Below, one piece after another: positions 38,251-52,090 of a stretch of 64,000 nt of DNA. The position numbers and the translations under genes were made by a program. Below the pieces are notes generated by a model. The model did not search any database. It saw only the letters and a program-made list of their open reading frames with translations, and had not been told where the DNA came from. The stretch comes from Octopus sinensis (Eukaryota): NCBI RefSeq assembly GCF_006345805.1, contig NC_042998.1:200756001-200820000 (forward strand), given 5' to 3'. Positions within the stretch are counted from its first letter, which is position 1. Every line of letters begins with the position of its first letter.

Positions 38251-40273
38251 CATTATTTATGTTAGATGAAAAGAGATACAGGATACCGTGATGTTTGGCT
38301 TGGGGATGCCCAGATATTTTCAATGGGATCTTTGAAGATGGAAGGCGTGTTTGGGATAAAGTAGTATCGTGATGACGAACGATCTTGACACATGGATTCA
38401 AGCTTTCTACTGAAGCACAATTTTTAACGCAGTTATCTTACAAACAAACCCCAACCGTTATTTGTATTTGATTATCCTATAGATTTCCATTGAGCCAGCA
38501 TATGATCTAAGGTTAAATTGGTGAATGAATACTGCTTTGATCTCTAAAGAAGTTATCGCAGTTAAACTAATTGTCATATATAACGTTTTGTTTTATTAGG
38601 ATTGTTTTCTTTTTCGTTATGAAACAAATCTAACAATATTTTTCTCTTCCTAAACATCGTGATTATGTTTAATCGTTCCGTTGTATAGAGCATATTTATC
38701 TGTTACTTATCTCTATATTTCAGATCATAAATATGTCAAAGTTAGTTTTCTTAGAAACACCAGTATATTTATAGCCGAAGTCAGAGGTAAATCTCTGCTT
38801 GAGCATCGGACTGGAAAAAACAATTATAATCTGCCATTCCATAAAGTGAAGTGATTTGGAAAATAAAGAAATATGCTATTAAGATTTTCAGTATTATGTC
38901 TCCATATCTTATTATTTCTTATCGCTACGTTCAGTGATATTATTTAAAGAGCTCTCGTGAATAACGTGGAAGATTTAGTTCAGGAGTCTCACTTTTAATA
39001 TCATTGATTCAATGCATTATAATAAGTAAAGTGTTAAATTGCATCTTAAATGTCTATATGCTTATCACCAAAACGAAATTTCTACAAACTTTATACACTG
39101 CTGAGAAGAACCGAACAAAAGGAAATTGTATCCGACAAAACTTCAAGTGGTGGATTGCGTTGTAAGGGAAGGAAAAATACATAGACGAATTTTTGGCCAA
39201 CTAGTAAATCTTTAAACAGTGCGAGATGTATCTTCTAAAAATAATATGTGAATGGCTTAAACTTTTTGCTTTAAACGTCTTAATTACACATCTAAATCAC
39301 TTACATTAAACGTATTAATTACTTAATTTATCATAGTGTTTACATATCTAAAATATCTTGGTTTTATTCTTTTTTCTAAATATCGATACAACCACAGCTC
39401 CACTTGGTGAAAATATTTTATCTGTATTTTGGTCTACATGAAACTTCAAAATGAAAGTGTGCAGGGGGAAGCTCGGTAGATAAGAATGCTACTGATCTTC
39501 TTTAGGTTAAATAATCTATTAATTGAACACTACCACCAAGGACCTGCATATTTTTAGGGAAATCTTCACTACTGAAAGTGTAAGAATCCAGATTCGTAAA
39601 CTACACAAAATCAACTTCATCGCGCTTTATTTTTTGATGACATATTGTAACATTTTTAACGCATCATTCTCGTACCATTAAATTTCATGTTGGATACGAT
39701 TACTTAAAACTTCGTCGGAATTCAAAATAGCCTCACTTTTGACATTTTACGGAACTCAAAATTGAATTTTAATTTTAAAGTAAACAATGCCTAATTTGTC
39801 CACACAATAGTATCATGCACTGCGAATTCTCTTCTTTGAATAGTTCAACATTAATATTTACATTAATTAACACTGTATTAAACAATTTTTTCTGTTTTTT
39901 CTCTAATCTTCATTAAGTGTGGTATCAACAAGTTCGATGTAGTGACAAACAAATTACTTCGGGGAAATTGGTTTGCGGACTTTCAGGTTCATAGTTCGAA
40001 TCTCGTTAAGGTAAACGGTGTAATTACTTTATCGATTAATACATGATCGATAAAATAAACAACAGTTAATTACTGAGAGGATTTAATTGAATGCATACCA
40101 GGCGGAGCTTATTATGACCCTGTCATCTTGTTATGAATCATGTCATTTTGCCTTATTGAATGAAATTGTCAGCTATATTTTTTATACAGAGCAAAATCTT
40201 AGTACTTGCCTAAAGAATTGAGAAAATTAACTACTAGAAAGAGAACAGAAATCCCCAATTATCTCACGTACAT

Positions 40274-40620
40274 TACTCTTTTACTCTTTTACTTGTTTCA
40301 GTCATTTGACTGCGGCCATGCTGGAGTACCACCTTTAATCGAGCAACTCGACCCCGGGACTTATTCTTTGTAAGCCCAGTACTTATTCTATCGGTCTCTT
40401 TTTTGCCGAAACGCTAATTGACGGGGACATAAACACACCAGCATCGGTTGTCAAGCAATGCAAGGGGGACAAACAAAGACACACAAACATGCACGCACAC
40501 ATATACACATATACCCGAGGCTATAGTAGAAGACACCTGCCCAAGGTGCCACGCAGTGGGACTGAACCCGGGACCATGTGGTTGGTAAGCAAGCTACTTA
40601 CCACACAGCCACTCCTGCAC
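40274..40620 (-). mobile_element. SINE family A with an internal deletion of about 60 bp
   Basis: The segment GACGGGCTTC...TTGGTCGG next to the internal microsatellite is missing. Confidence 0.88.
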
Positions 40621-41458
40621 CTTGATTACTTTACATTGATTATTTTACAAAAGATTTTATATGAAATTCAGAACCAAAATATCTAATAATCTAATCAAAT
40701 TAAATAGGTAAATTAAGGATACAATATATGGAGTTTAGTTCTGAAAATATTCGTTGAATAAAAGTTAAGCTCCTGCCTTTTGCTGGAGAGATTCGTCAAA
40801 CTTCGTTAACTTATTAATTAAGCTTTAGATGACTCTTGTTAATGGTATTCTGAAACCAGTGTGTATATTTGTGTCGTTGGGCCGTATAGGAAACTCTTAT
40901 AAATGAATCGTCTGCTTATATTCTCTTGGCGTCTTCCTCAAGCATTTTATCTATAGAAATCCATGTATAATTTTAAGTATATAATTCATAGTTTCTATTC
41001 AATTAATCTGCCCATCCCATCTAAATACGTTGAACATAATAAATCAACAGGGTGAAGCTCATATTCCAACATCTAAATTAATCATTAGTTTTACACACGC
41101 ACACGGACATGACACACATCCGCAATGCACATATACGAATAAGTCATGTTAGCATTCATACAAACGAACACAATGCATTTACTGCTGAGAGTAATAATTC
41201 AATTTCAAGAGTTACTACTATGAAGTTTAAAATGTTTCTTCCGGTGAGAATGCTTTTAAAGAATATATGATCCTGAAATTAAGAATAGTAACCGTGCTCT
41301 ACAAATAATATTCTCACTGAAATGCGTTACTTTTCTTCAGATCAAACAACGTTCAAGGTCTTACATTCTTGAAGTATAGTTTTAACTATGTATACAAAAA
41401 TATAAATAAAAAAACATATATATACACATATAAATGTATATACGTATAGATACATACG

Positions 41459-41493
<35 letters not shown>

Positions 41494-41495
<2 letters not shown>

Positions 41496-41709
41496 TCTTA
41501 CTCTTTTACTCTTTTACTTGTTTCAGTCATTTGACTGCGGCCACGCTGGAGCACCGTCTTTAGTCGAGCAAATCGACCCTGGGACTTATTCTTTGTTAGC
41601 CCAGTACTTATTCTATCGGTCTCTTCTGCCGAACCGTTAAGTGACGGGGACGTAAACACACCAGCATCGGTTGTCAAGCAATGCTAGGGGGACAAACACA
41701 GACACACAT

Positions 41710-41775
<66 letters not shown>

Positions 41776-41990
41776 CTCTTACTCTTTTACTCTTTTACTT
41801 GTTTCAGTCATTTGACTGCGGCCACGCTGGAGCACCGTCTTTAGTCGAGCAAATCGACCCTGGGACTTATTCTTTGTTAGCCCAGTACTTATTCTATCGG
41901 TCTCTTCTGCCGAACCGTTAAGTGACGGGGACGTAAACACACCAGCATCGGTTGTCAAGCAATGCTAGGGGGACAAACACAGACACACAT

Positions 41991-42048
<58 letters not shown>
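41494..42048 (-). mobile_element. Tandem duplication (281-bp period) of a SINE A 3' half
   Basis: Units start at 41494 and 41775 and share private variants (GGCCACGC, CACCGTC, GACCCTGGG, GAACCGTTAAG); junctions lie in (TA)n. Confidence 0.92.
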
Positions 42049-42099
42049 CACATCCACCCCTTCTACTCTTCAGTCAGTTGGTACCATTCCTCCGGATAT

Positions 42100-42740
42100 T
42101 CCCCCTCTTTGAGGCGGAGAGCTACCTTCTCAGTCTCAGGAGAGACCTGCGCTCATCCTCCTCACTACATCAAGCAACGAATTTCGGACTCGTGCTGATA
42201 TCCACAGCTTTGTGCGCCGTGATAGGTTGTGTGCACTATTTCGCGACACTCCCCTTGATTCTAATGAGGAAGACCGCGTCACCGACCTGGGACAGCGACC
42301 ATCCCTCTGGACGCCACCTCCTGGCCAGTTCCAAGCTGCCAATCTTTTAGCGGACGTCTGCTAGCGTGCTGTGGACTGGCTTGAATTTTCCAGGTGTCCT
42401 CGACATCTGAACACCACCCAAGCAGAACCTTCAACCCTTTGATGTCTTCGAAGCAAGAAAAGCATCATCATTAAACCGGACGACGAGAGTGGAGCCGTGG
42501 TGGTGTCACGCCCAGAACTTTACAAGGCGGAAGCTCTTCGCCGAATTCAAGACACTTCCTTGTACTGCCCTCTCCCTCCAACTCCGGGCCCTGCTACCAA
42601 CAGACGGTGTCCTCCACTATCCCTGAACTACTCTCAACCTCCCGTCTACCCCCACCGCCTCCAACCTCATTGTCCGCATCCATCGCACCCCTTCTATTTA
42701 CTTCCCCTCCCAAATCCACATGCCTAATAACGTTCGCCTC
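42100..42740 (+). pseudogene. Penelope-like element ORF remnant (N-terminal region to start of RT)
   Basis: EAESYLLSL, NEFRTRADIHSFVRR.RL, PSLWTPPPG, IIIKPDDESGAVVV...YKAEALRRIQD and LPPTASNLIV...PQIHMPNN match the PLE motifs IKPADKGGAVVV and LPKIHKP; several frameshifts and stops. Confidence 0.8.
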
Positions 42741-43003
42741 TGGTACAAGATACGGATAAGGTACAAAAATGGCGAAATATCGGTATCCATCACTCCTGAA
42801 TAATATTTAAGGTGAGTTGTTTCTCCAGTCTATGACATTCGGGGGTATTAGCACCTAGCGTTACGAGGAGTCCTCCACAACGCGCTATTAAACTGTGAGC
42901 AGGCGAACAAGCAAAACATAGATTAATTGTGTGGTTTTAGACTATATATATATGTGTCTGTGTGTGTGTGTGCGTGTGTGTGTGTATGTTGTGTGTCTGT
43001 GTG

Positions 43004-43481
43004 TAAATTTCCAGAACACTATATAGTGAACGAATATAGTGACAGGAACGCAGTTCTAATTTCAGAAACCAATCCTAGCAGATTAAGATTCACGTCGGCG
43101 AACTCCAAGATCAAAAACGCCGTCTACCAATGCAAGGTTCACACGGACTCAGATGCCTTCACTTATGTAGGGGCATCATCCTCAAGATTGTCTTTGCGTG
43201 TCTCCAACCATTACGCAACTTTTCGGGACGTGAACAAGCGCCAGACCACGGGACTCAGTAAGCTAATATGGCGACTGAAGGATGCGAACTTAAGCTATAG
43301 GCTGGAATGGTCAATTTTGTCGGTGGCCCTCCCATTTGATAGGGGCAGAAGACAGTGCAACCTTTGTGTCTCCGAACTCTTCCATATTTTGTTTGCCAGA
43401 GGCCGGATGGTAAACGGGCTCTTACAGTCGGCTTTTCGATGCCCCCATTGGCGGCGTTACACTTATCTGGCCTTTAAATAG
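43004..43481 (+). CDS. Uninterrupted GIY-YIG endonuclease ORF of PLE origin (no in-frame ATG)
   Basis: AVYQCKV...TYVG...RVSNH..F...T.LSK.IW.LK...CNLC.SE...N....CPH; the Tyr, Tyr-Gly, Arg, His, Glu and Asn motif positions are present, and there is no stop from 42927 to 43478. Confidence 0.7.
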
Positions 43482-44243
43482 CGTTTATAAATAATACCGG
43501 CACCCATAGCCCTTGGTAACAAATTCTGAAATAGCCTTTAAGATATCTACGATTAACCACTGCAAGGGAAATTACTCCTGTAAGACAAACGGGGCTTGGT
43601 TTTTTCACAGCGGGGGGTTTCCTTGTCTAGGCAGGCTTAGATGAACACACACACACACACATAAAACATAATATATATATATAAATTTTTTTATATTTTT
43701 TTTCTTTCTGCCACCCAACGGTTATCACGGCAGTAGCCACTGACAGCCGAACGATCAAACGCACACACGTACACAAAAAATGTTTTCTACCCCTACGCCA
43801 ACACACACATATATAGAACAGTATACACACACACACGTCTCTAAGTAGATTTTTTCTCGCCCCTTATAAAACATCCAATATTCTTTAAATAGTCAGAACT
43901 TTATTCTCGGTCACAAAGAACATCTATACACCCTCACCCACATGATTGACCGATGCCTGACCCGTTGAATTCTTCAGCCACCGGTTCTCAACATACACTG
44001 ATAAACAGTTTCGCCATGGGCTCTTAGGAGCACAGTTCGATTTGTTTTTTGCTCCGCCTCTGTTCTGTTTTTGTTTTTCCAACGGATTTCCTTTTTTCTT
44101 CCTGAAGAGAAAGACACAATATGGTCCCATTATTCAATCGGATTTTGGTAATTTGTGCCTTTCGAAACACGTGTAGAATGAAATAAAACGATTTCTGTTC
44201 AATCTGCGTTCAGCTCCATTTCTTCAATTCACCAATATATATA

Positions 44244-44305
<62 letters not shown>

Positions 44306-44789
44306 ATAAAATATATATAACAAAATTCAGAAGCCAAATGCCAACGTAGGTATTAGCATAATGCATCCATACAACAAGGATGGGGTCTGATACAGAGAGG
44401 TAAGTACTATAATGTAACAACATCGGGATACAAAAATTCTTGGAGGCAATGCAATTCACTTAATTGGTGTAAGGCAATTACACTGAAAATGTCTTCTTTT
44501 TTTCTTGAATTGAGAAGGTGCGAAACAATAAATTGCAGATTGAATACTGACAGAAGAGAAAGCGATTGCGATCTACGAATAGAGTAGAAATGTTAAAAGA
44601 ACAAGAAGCACAAGCTAAATGAACTTCCAACAAGAAACGCAGAGAAACAACACTGTAAAATAAGCATCAGTTCTTGATATACAGAAATTAAGCAAGCGTG
44701 AGATCCAAAAAGGTTTGTTATCTTTGGTTAAATACGGAATAGTTTTAGTTATCCAGATATTTACCTAGCCGCAAATGAATGCAAATATA

Positions 44790-45014
44790 CATTCTTTTCT
44801 ACTCTAGGCACAAGACCCAAAACGTTTGGGGAGGGGGGCAGTCGATTAGATCTACCCCACTACGCAAATGGTACTTACTCTATCAACCTCGAAAGGTTGA
44901 AGGGCAAAGTCGACCTCGGCGGAATTTGAAATCAAAGCGTAAAGATCGACCACAAAAACGTAAAGACCGACAAAAGCATTTCACCTGGCTTGCTAATGTT
45001 TCTTCCAGCTCGCC
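44790..45014 (-). mobile_element. SINE family B
   Basis: GGCAAAGTCGACCTCGGCGGAATTTGAA; head GGCGAGCTGGAAGAA; small internal duplication at about 44938-44970. Confidence 0.82.
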
Positions 45015-45215
45015 AAGTAAAAAATATATATATCAATAGAAAATCTATGCGGATATCAATTTCTAACAAAGCATTACAGTGGGTCTTATCCATTTGTAGT
45101 GGTCGAGTCCTTTTCAAGTTCAAATATTCAAATCTACGTTGAAATCAACAGCCACTTTAATTGTGCAATATGCAGACACTTCAATGTGAAAACGGTGAAG
45201 AAGAATTATAACCAA

Positions 45216-45611
45216 CAAGTAGTATCGCCCGGCGTTGCTCGGATTTGTAAGGGAAATAACTATATAAGCATTTGTAGAGATGTAAAGTATAATAGCCATC
45301 TCAATATGGCTAACCACAAAAGGGAGGGGTGTTACTGTAGCTTTTTACGTTCTGAGATTTAATAATAAATTTTTAGAGAGTTACTTCCCTTATATATGCC
45401 AAAAATGCATTAAAAATGGGAAAAATTGATGGTATTTTTTTTTAAATCGTATACTCACCGTAGACGGGCGCTAATACCCAAAAGGGCTCGATATGAATCA
45501 CGACTATAAGATACTCGGTTTTGGTTAAACTGCACCGCAAAATGTGGGAGTAGTTAGGAATCTAAATCGTAGGAGACAGACAGCACACAACCTCACTTTT
45601 ATATATAAAGA
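45216..45611 (-). mobile_element. Non-autonomous Helitron, same family as 8646-9037
   Basis: A|TC 5' end at 45611, hairpin CCGAGCAACGCCGGG, 3' end CTTG|T (variant of CTAG). Confidence 0.82.
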
Positions 45612-46446
45612 TTACCATATACTCCATACAAGGACAGTTGGTCATATGCAATTTGGTCTTTTGTGTATCGTTTGCTTAGCTGGTGAAGGTAAATTGCGAA
45701 GATATAATAATTAAGAATTTAGAAGGAGAATATCTTTTTTCTTTTAGTTACCTTGAGGAGTTGTTAAAATCTTAATTGAACGTTGGTGGAGAAACTGAGG
45801 AAATAAAAACAGATCTCGGAAAAGAAACGAAATCTATGATGGGACGAAAATTAAAAATAGTATCCATAATGAATGGAAAAAAAGTCACACAAATCATTCT
45901 AGGTCCCAACTACGCGACGGTAGGGAGGCTGGAGTTGATTTTGGAGATTGTGATTTTGATAAAACATTAATTTCTACTCACTCCCATGATAATATTTCAC
46001 TTATGATAAAAAAAATAAATAAAATAATAATAAAAATAATAATAATAATAGTAGTAGTAATAATAATAATGATAATAATAATGGAAATCAGATTGCAATT
46101 GACGATTACTTGAAACATAATTATATGACTGTTGCGGATCGTCTATCGAATCTAAAACAGCATTGCATTAAATATAACCATGAATATTCATTTGAAATTA
46201 CGTGTTCCAGCTATATTTCTTTTTTTCTCTTCCCTCCGCATATTTTCAGATTATGAGGCGTCCCAAATATTAGTTCGTATCCAATTATTGGTTATCAATA
46301 AAAGTGAAAATAAAGCTGAATATAAACAATTTTGGTACTATGACAACGCTGCCAAAATATGTCATACAAATTGGTTTTGCAACATTTGCAACACCTTGAA
46401 AACAATATTAGTTACGATAAGCTATTATTCCTCGTCCAAACTTTTA

Positions 46447-46505
<59 letters not shown>

Positions 46506-46994
46506 AAATTTCGCGGTTTTCAGATATGGTTTTCATTTTCAGCAATTAAAGAAACAAATTATCTCATTTACTTCATTATATTGGAATTAAATAATTTACA
46601 CGTGGATGACTTCCCGCTTATTTCCCATTTGTCTCGGATATGATATACATTGCTTGGATTTAACCCTTAATAATTACGATTTTGCAAAGTAATCTACCCA
46701 CGACAAGGTCACCTTTCATATATTAGTGATTATGTTGCTATTTTCAAAGACAGCAAGGGGAGTAATTTGATGTAGATTAGCGAATAGTTACGTGCTCTTC
46801 ACGTAAGATGATCATAAAATGAGGCTATATTATGACACAGACAATGGAGAGAAAACCGGAGCCCTAGGTATGTTTTCAAATTCACGGATGAAAGTGTGGC
46901 AAGAGAAAACTATTAGCCTGGATTGTTGCAAAGGTGGGATTTTAGCCAAGTCTGGAAGCAGAGATAAGTGAGGGAAGTTGTGTGTTGCACAAGG

Positions 46995-47078
<84 letters not shown>

Positions 47079-47390
47079 TGTGTGTACGTGTATGTCTGTG
47101 TGTGTATGTTTATGTCTTTAGAGTGGTAGTAGTGAGTGTGTAGTGATGTAATAATTAGGTGGCTAGTTTGAAAACGTCTACGCGTGGATGTGAAAATTTG
47201 AAATCTTTGCGGGTTATTTTGAAATTATCATATAGATATACATAAGGTCTAAGAAATGGTGTTATATATGCACGTGCAAGTGCTAAAACAAATGGAATTT
47301 GGGGTTCATGGCTACTAAACAAAAAGAGGAATTCGGTGCTAAAATTCTAAATTGAGTAAAAGAGCCCATATGTATGTGTGTGCATTGTTG

Positions 47391-47700
47391 TGTTGTATTT
47401 CGGGATGGTCATTTTACTTATTTCTTATTTTACTTGTATTGCCAAATAAACATACGTACTATATATGTTTATTCTTTCACTCCTTTATTACCGTTACCGT
47501 GGAGCAAGAACACACACGTAAGTGAGAAATGTCGCTGAAGGGTGATAGAAGTGTGACAAAAGATTTCCGGACAATGGAGATGTGTTAAAATGAAATAAAA
47601 AAATAATAATAACAGTAATGAACGAGCGAAGGAATATAGCGCGTGTGCTTATTTGGCAAGAGAAAAATAATAACTATAATGACCATCCCGAAATGCAACA
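47391..47700. repeat. Diverged inverted repeat (arms 47391-47449 and 47649-47700)
   Basis: GTTG(T/C)ATTTCGGGATGGTCATT...TTGCCAAATAA on opposite strands. Confidence 0.75.
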
Positions 47701-48211
47701 ATATCTGCTTCAACACTTGATTTTACATCAGGAATGTTGCGAAACGAATTGAAATATGTATATATATTCATACATGTATATATATATATGCATACATACA
47801 TATATACATACATATATCCGCTTATATGTCCATATATGTAGCGTTAAATTATTGAGGTTATTAAAGTAAGATTAAATATTAAAATGGAGATAAAGGAAAG
47901 TTAAGAAGGGTTGTTAGGTTTTACCTAAGGGGAGTTGTAGATATAACCTGTGTGGTTATTTAAGTTGCATTTAGATTTGTGGTAAAATTTGAAAATATGA
48001 AAAAACCCGTAGTTGCATGTACTTAAGGCCTCAATATATCTATTTAGTAGTGTCGAAGAGTTGTGTTTTAATATGTAGGCATAGCATACAGGCTACGCGT
48101 TGACCTTGGTATGAAAGCCGTGCATCTATTATGCACCATGACAAAATGTAGGGAACATTTCTATCTTTGAGTGATGTACGTCCATGGCGAATGTTGTGGA
48201 ATTAGTGTGTT

Positions 48212-48252
<41 letters not shown>

Positions 48253-49160
48253 GCACACACAAACACCCACAATCTTGTCTGGTGAAGTCAGCGCGTTTTT
48301 GACAACCCTGTGTTAAAGTGAGTTACTTTTACGATGGGCGAATTATTTTCAGTTTGTCTTCCATGTTACTCACACCCTATGAAGCAAGACGTGAGTGAGC
48401 GCGTGAATGACTGTAATAAACCACTACTTAACTAAATAAACACATACTAATTGAATGGACCGTAATATATATTCCTCAGATGCAAGAGCGTGGAAAAGAA
48501 TATATATTAATTATAGAGAATCCAATAGAAAGACGCTCGGGTATGATGAGGTAATTAGCGCTACTCTTAGATTGTTGAAGACCACGCTACGTAATTTAGT
48601 CGATATGTAAGCTTTCGTGTGAACCCGCATGCACCTGTTGTGTGTGTGTGTGTGTGTGTAAGTTTCAGATATTCGGAGATTGTATACTATATCTTCTGGA
48701 AGAGAGATAGTGTATTACTTAAGGCTCCGCTGACACTGTTTAGATATATTAGACATTGCTATCAATTCTGTGGGAGTTGTTTTCATCTCCTCAATGATAT
48801 TCTAATTAATTTGCTATTTAATAATTAACATTCGATGTACACGCATCAGATTAGATACCCAACGGTATTACTCTATTATGTTCATCAAAACCGAGTATGA
48901 GACGAACAGTCTCATTAGGGGACTAATATCTCACACAGAGATGTCATCTCTTTACAGTAAATATGTGCGTCAGTAAGTAATTAGGATACGTTTTATTAGA
49001 AATAGTAAATCTGCCTGATTTGTCCCTAAATATAATACTGTGTCAAATGTTTTGGTATAATCATTAATCTTACAAAAACCGTTCTATTGTAATAACGATG
49101 TATACCTTGATAATTCTACAAACGTATCAGAGATTACTATCTGTGCAGAAGGAAGTTTTA

Positions 49161-49368
49161 GTTTCAAATTTTGGCACAAGTCCAGCAGGATCGATAGGGG
49201 GAGGCTAGTCGATTATATGGTCTTTAGTGCTCAAATGGAACTTAATTGATCGATCCTTCAAGAATGAAACCTAAGTAGACTACGGCGGATTTTGAACTCG
49301 GAACGTAAATACGAAGGCAGTACCGCTGAACATTTTGACCTCGTGCTAACGATTCTGCCAGCTCACCA
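49161..49368 (-). mobile_element. SINE family B, diverged
   Basis: Head GTGAGCTGGCAGAATCGTTAGCAC, GAGTTCAAAATCCGCCG and tail CTTGTGCCAAAATTTGAAAC. Confidence 0.75.
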
Positions 49369-49949
49369 CTGATGTACAAAAGGAATTACTAAAATCTTTA
49401 AATGGGAATGTGATACTTAAGCGTGATTTTGACGTACCACCGTCTCTTCAGTGGACCACGTCTGGTAACTGCATATTGGCCAAATCTCACTGGCAGCGAT
49501 TAAGGATCTAGTAATAAATCTACTTTAATTTGGTTACAAAGATTACATTTTGCTGTTAATACTGCTTCTGCCGTTAATGATTATTTTGGAATAAGCCTGT
49601 TGGCTATTTAACACATTTGTGACTGAAAAGTCGATGACATTTCACATATCACTAGTGGTTAAATTTGGCCGGTATGCAGCTACCCGATATCTGCCATTGA
49701 AGAGATGGGGTACGTCGGTATCCAGTAAGCTTGTAGTAGACGATTCATTTTTTACCAGCTATATAAACATGTGTGCTATCATGCACCATGCATCGATATG
49801 ATAGGTTTTCTCAAGGTATATAACGCAGCAGCATTCGCACTACGGTATTCATACTGTTTCTCTCACTAATTAATATTCATACATACAAACCCCACACACA
49901 CATACAAGCATATGTATATATCTATGGTGTTTTCTGTATGGCTCTCTCT

Positions 49950-50166
49950 TTTTGTTTTGCTTGTTTCAGTCATTTTGACTGCGGCCATGCTGGTGCACCG
50001 CCTTTAATCGAGCAACTCGATCCGGGGACTTATTCTTTTTGTACGCCCAGTACTTATTTTATCGGTATCTTTTGCCGAACCGCTAAGTGACGGGGACGTA
50101 AACACACCAGCATCGGTTGTCAAGCAATGCTAGGGGGACAAACACAGACACACAAACATACACGCT

Positions 50167-50252
<86 letters not shown>

Positions 50253-50415
50253 GACGGGCTTCTTTCAGTTTCCGACTACCAAATCCACTCACAAGGCTTT
50301 AGTCGGCCCGAGGCTATAGTAGAAGACACTTGGCCAAGGTGTCACGCAGTGGGACTGAAACTGGACCCATGTGGTTGGTAAACAAGCTATTTACCACACA
50401 GCCACTCCTGCGCCT
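49950..50415 (-). mobile_element. SINE family A, full length
   Basis: Collinear with family A; long internal (TA)n. Confidence 0.92.
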
Positions 50416-51899
50416 ACTGTAGTTTAAGGTAACATTTGTCTCTGACGAAATACCCAAAATCAACTTGCTGTGGAATATTAGATGCTGTATAAATAAAAGT
50501 GATACATGCTTTCGTTAAAACGTATTTTTTTTAATAACATGAATCTATCTCATGTAATTACATTCATCTATTCGTTCACGACTCTTATTTCACGAAACAG
50601 AAGCATACGATTACGTAAACCTATAAAAATAACATATCGAATATTTGATATTATGTAAATTTAATCAGAAATTATAACCAACATAAGAGAGAATGAGTAT
50701 AATTAATTCTAATTAAAATCTCCGTCAATTAGAAGCTTGTGAGAGTTTAATAAGAAGCATGATGACATGTGCTTAATTCGATATACCTGTGATTTGGAAG
50801 AAAAATACTTGGTAGCTTCACCACGCATATTCCAGACATTCGCCATTGTAAGTGCTACAGATGCCACCGTCATAAATTGAATGAAAATGTGGTTGATTCC
50901 TCAGTCAATAACAGCATATCAAAAATGAAACAAATAATATTCCTAATTATGTCTGTCAAAAATTACAATTATGGTTCATTCCATCATTTTTCAGCTTAAG
51001 TGCTACCTTTCAGGTGAAAGTAAACTGAATGTTTGACTTGATAGGATTTAGTGTAGATTGCCGAGTTGAATAATTTTCGTTGGTTAATAGAGTTGTCAAA
51101 CTAGAATATAGTGTGTCCTAAAACCCGCTATCACCACATTCGGATTAGGCTCTTGTGGTTGGATACGAAATAATGCTATAATTCATAGGATGGAACTTCA
51201 GTTATTGGCCTATGTGATACTGATCACGCAAACACTCTCGATTCTGCTCGCCGGGTCTGCTAACTTGGTCCACAAAAACATCAATTGCTTCTTGGTTACG
51301 CAGAGTGGGCGAGAACCGAGAACAATTTTCACGACACGCTGTCTTTCGGTGCGATTTTGATTATTTGGCCATTTAAATTTTAGATGCATCAAGAAACTGA
51401 TGCGATGTCAAATTAGTAAAGCATTCCCCCTAATTTACTGTTGGGGATAATTCCATCTGGTTGCAAATATGGATATAAATTCATCTCATTAACCTCGGTA
51501 GGTGTCACTCCTGCGCTATGTATCATGCCAAAGTGATAGTTTCCTCTAAGGAAACAGCATTTATAGTTTAAGGTTGTAGTCTATCTCTCTTAGTTGTCTA
51601 ATATTGGGAGGGTTCAAGTGGCGGTTAAGAGGTTAATCTATAATTTTGAATAAATACCTTACCCACTCTACTGCGTAATACGTAAGCACCAACATTATAA
51701 TACATTATGGCAACTCATTGAAAAGGCGCAAGCATATACATTGTATCGCAAACATACAAAAATGCACGCACAATAATACTCACACACAAACAAGCACACA
51801 AACGCATATATATTCAAATGAACAGAGATTCTGTGACTAGGAGACAATCCTGTCGATTGGAGGAACATGACACTTCAACATCTAACCGGTATGACATGT

Positions 51900-52090
51900 A
51901 AGGTATTTCAGCTGCCGTTACGTTGTGAGTTCAAATTCCGCCGAGCTCGACTTTGCGTTTCATCCTTTCGGGGCCGATAAATTAAGTATCAGTTACGCAC
52001 TGAGGTCGATGTAATCGACTTAATACCTATGTCTGTCCTTGTTTGTCCCCTCTATGTTTAGCCCCTTGTCGGTAATAAAGAAATAGGTAT
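51900..52090 (+). mobile_element. SINE family B, 5'-truncated
   Basis: GAGTTCAAATTCCGCCGAG...GTAATCGACTTAAT...TTTAGCCCCTTG..GGTAATAAAGAAATAGG. Confidence 0.85.

Noticed and set aside
41952-42350. 132-aa ORF as a gene
   Set aside because: It is a chimera of SINE, microsatellite and shifted frames of the PLE remnant.
42808-42810. Rescue of the UAA by A-to-I editing to a Trp codon
   Set aside because: It would need both adenosines edited at a splice junction, and nothing in the sequence supports this.
49420-49465. Minus-strand CTGAAGA-GAC...GTC-AAAA as a hammerhead
   Set aside because: It lacks GAAA and a stem I partner downstream.
51190-51400. CpG-rich patch with a hydrophobic 50-aa frame
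   Set aside because: No canonical donor and no recognisable homology.
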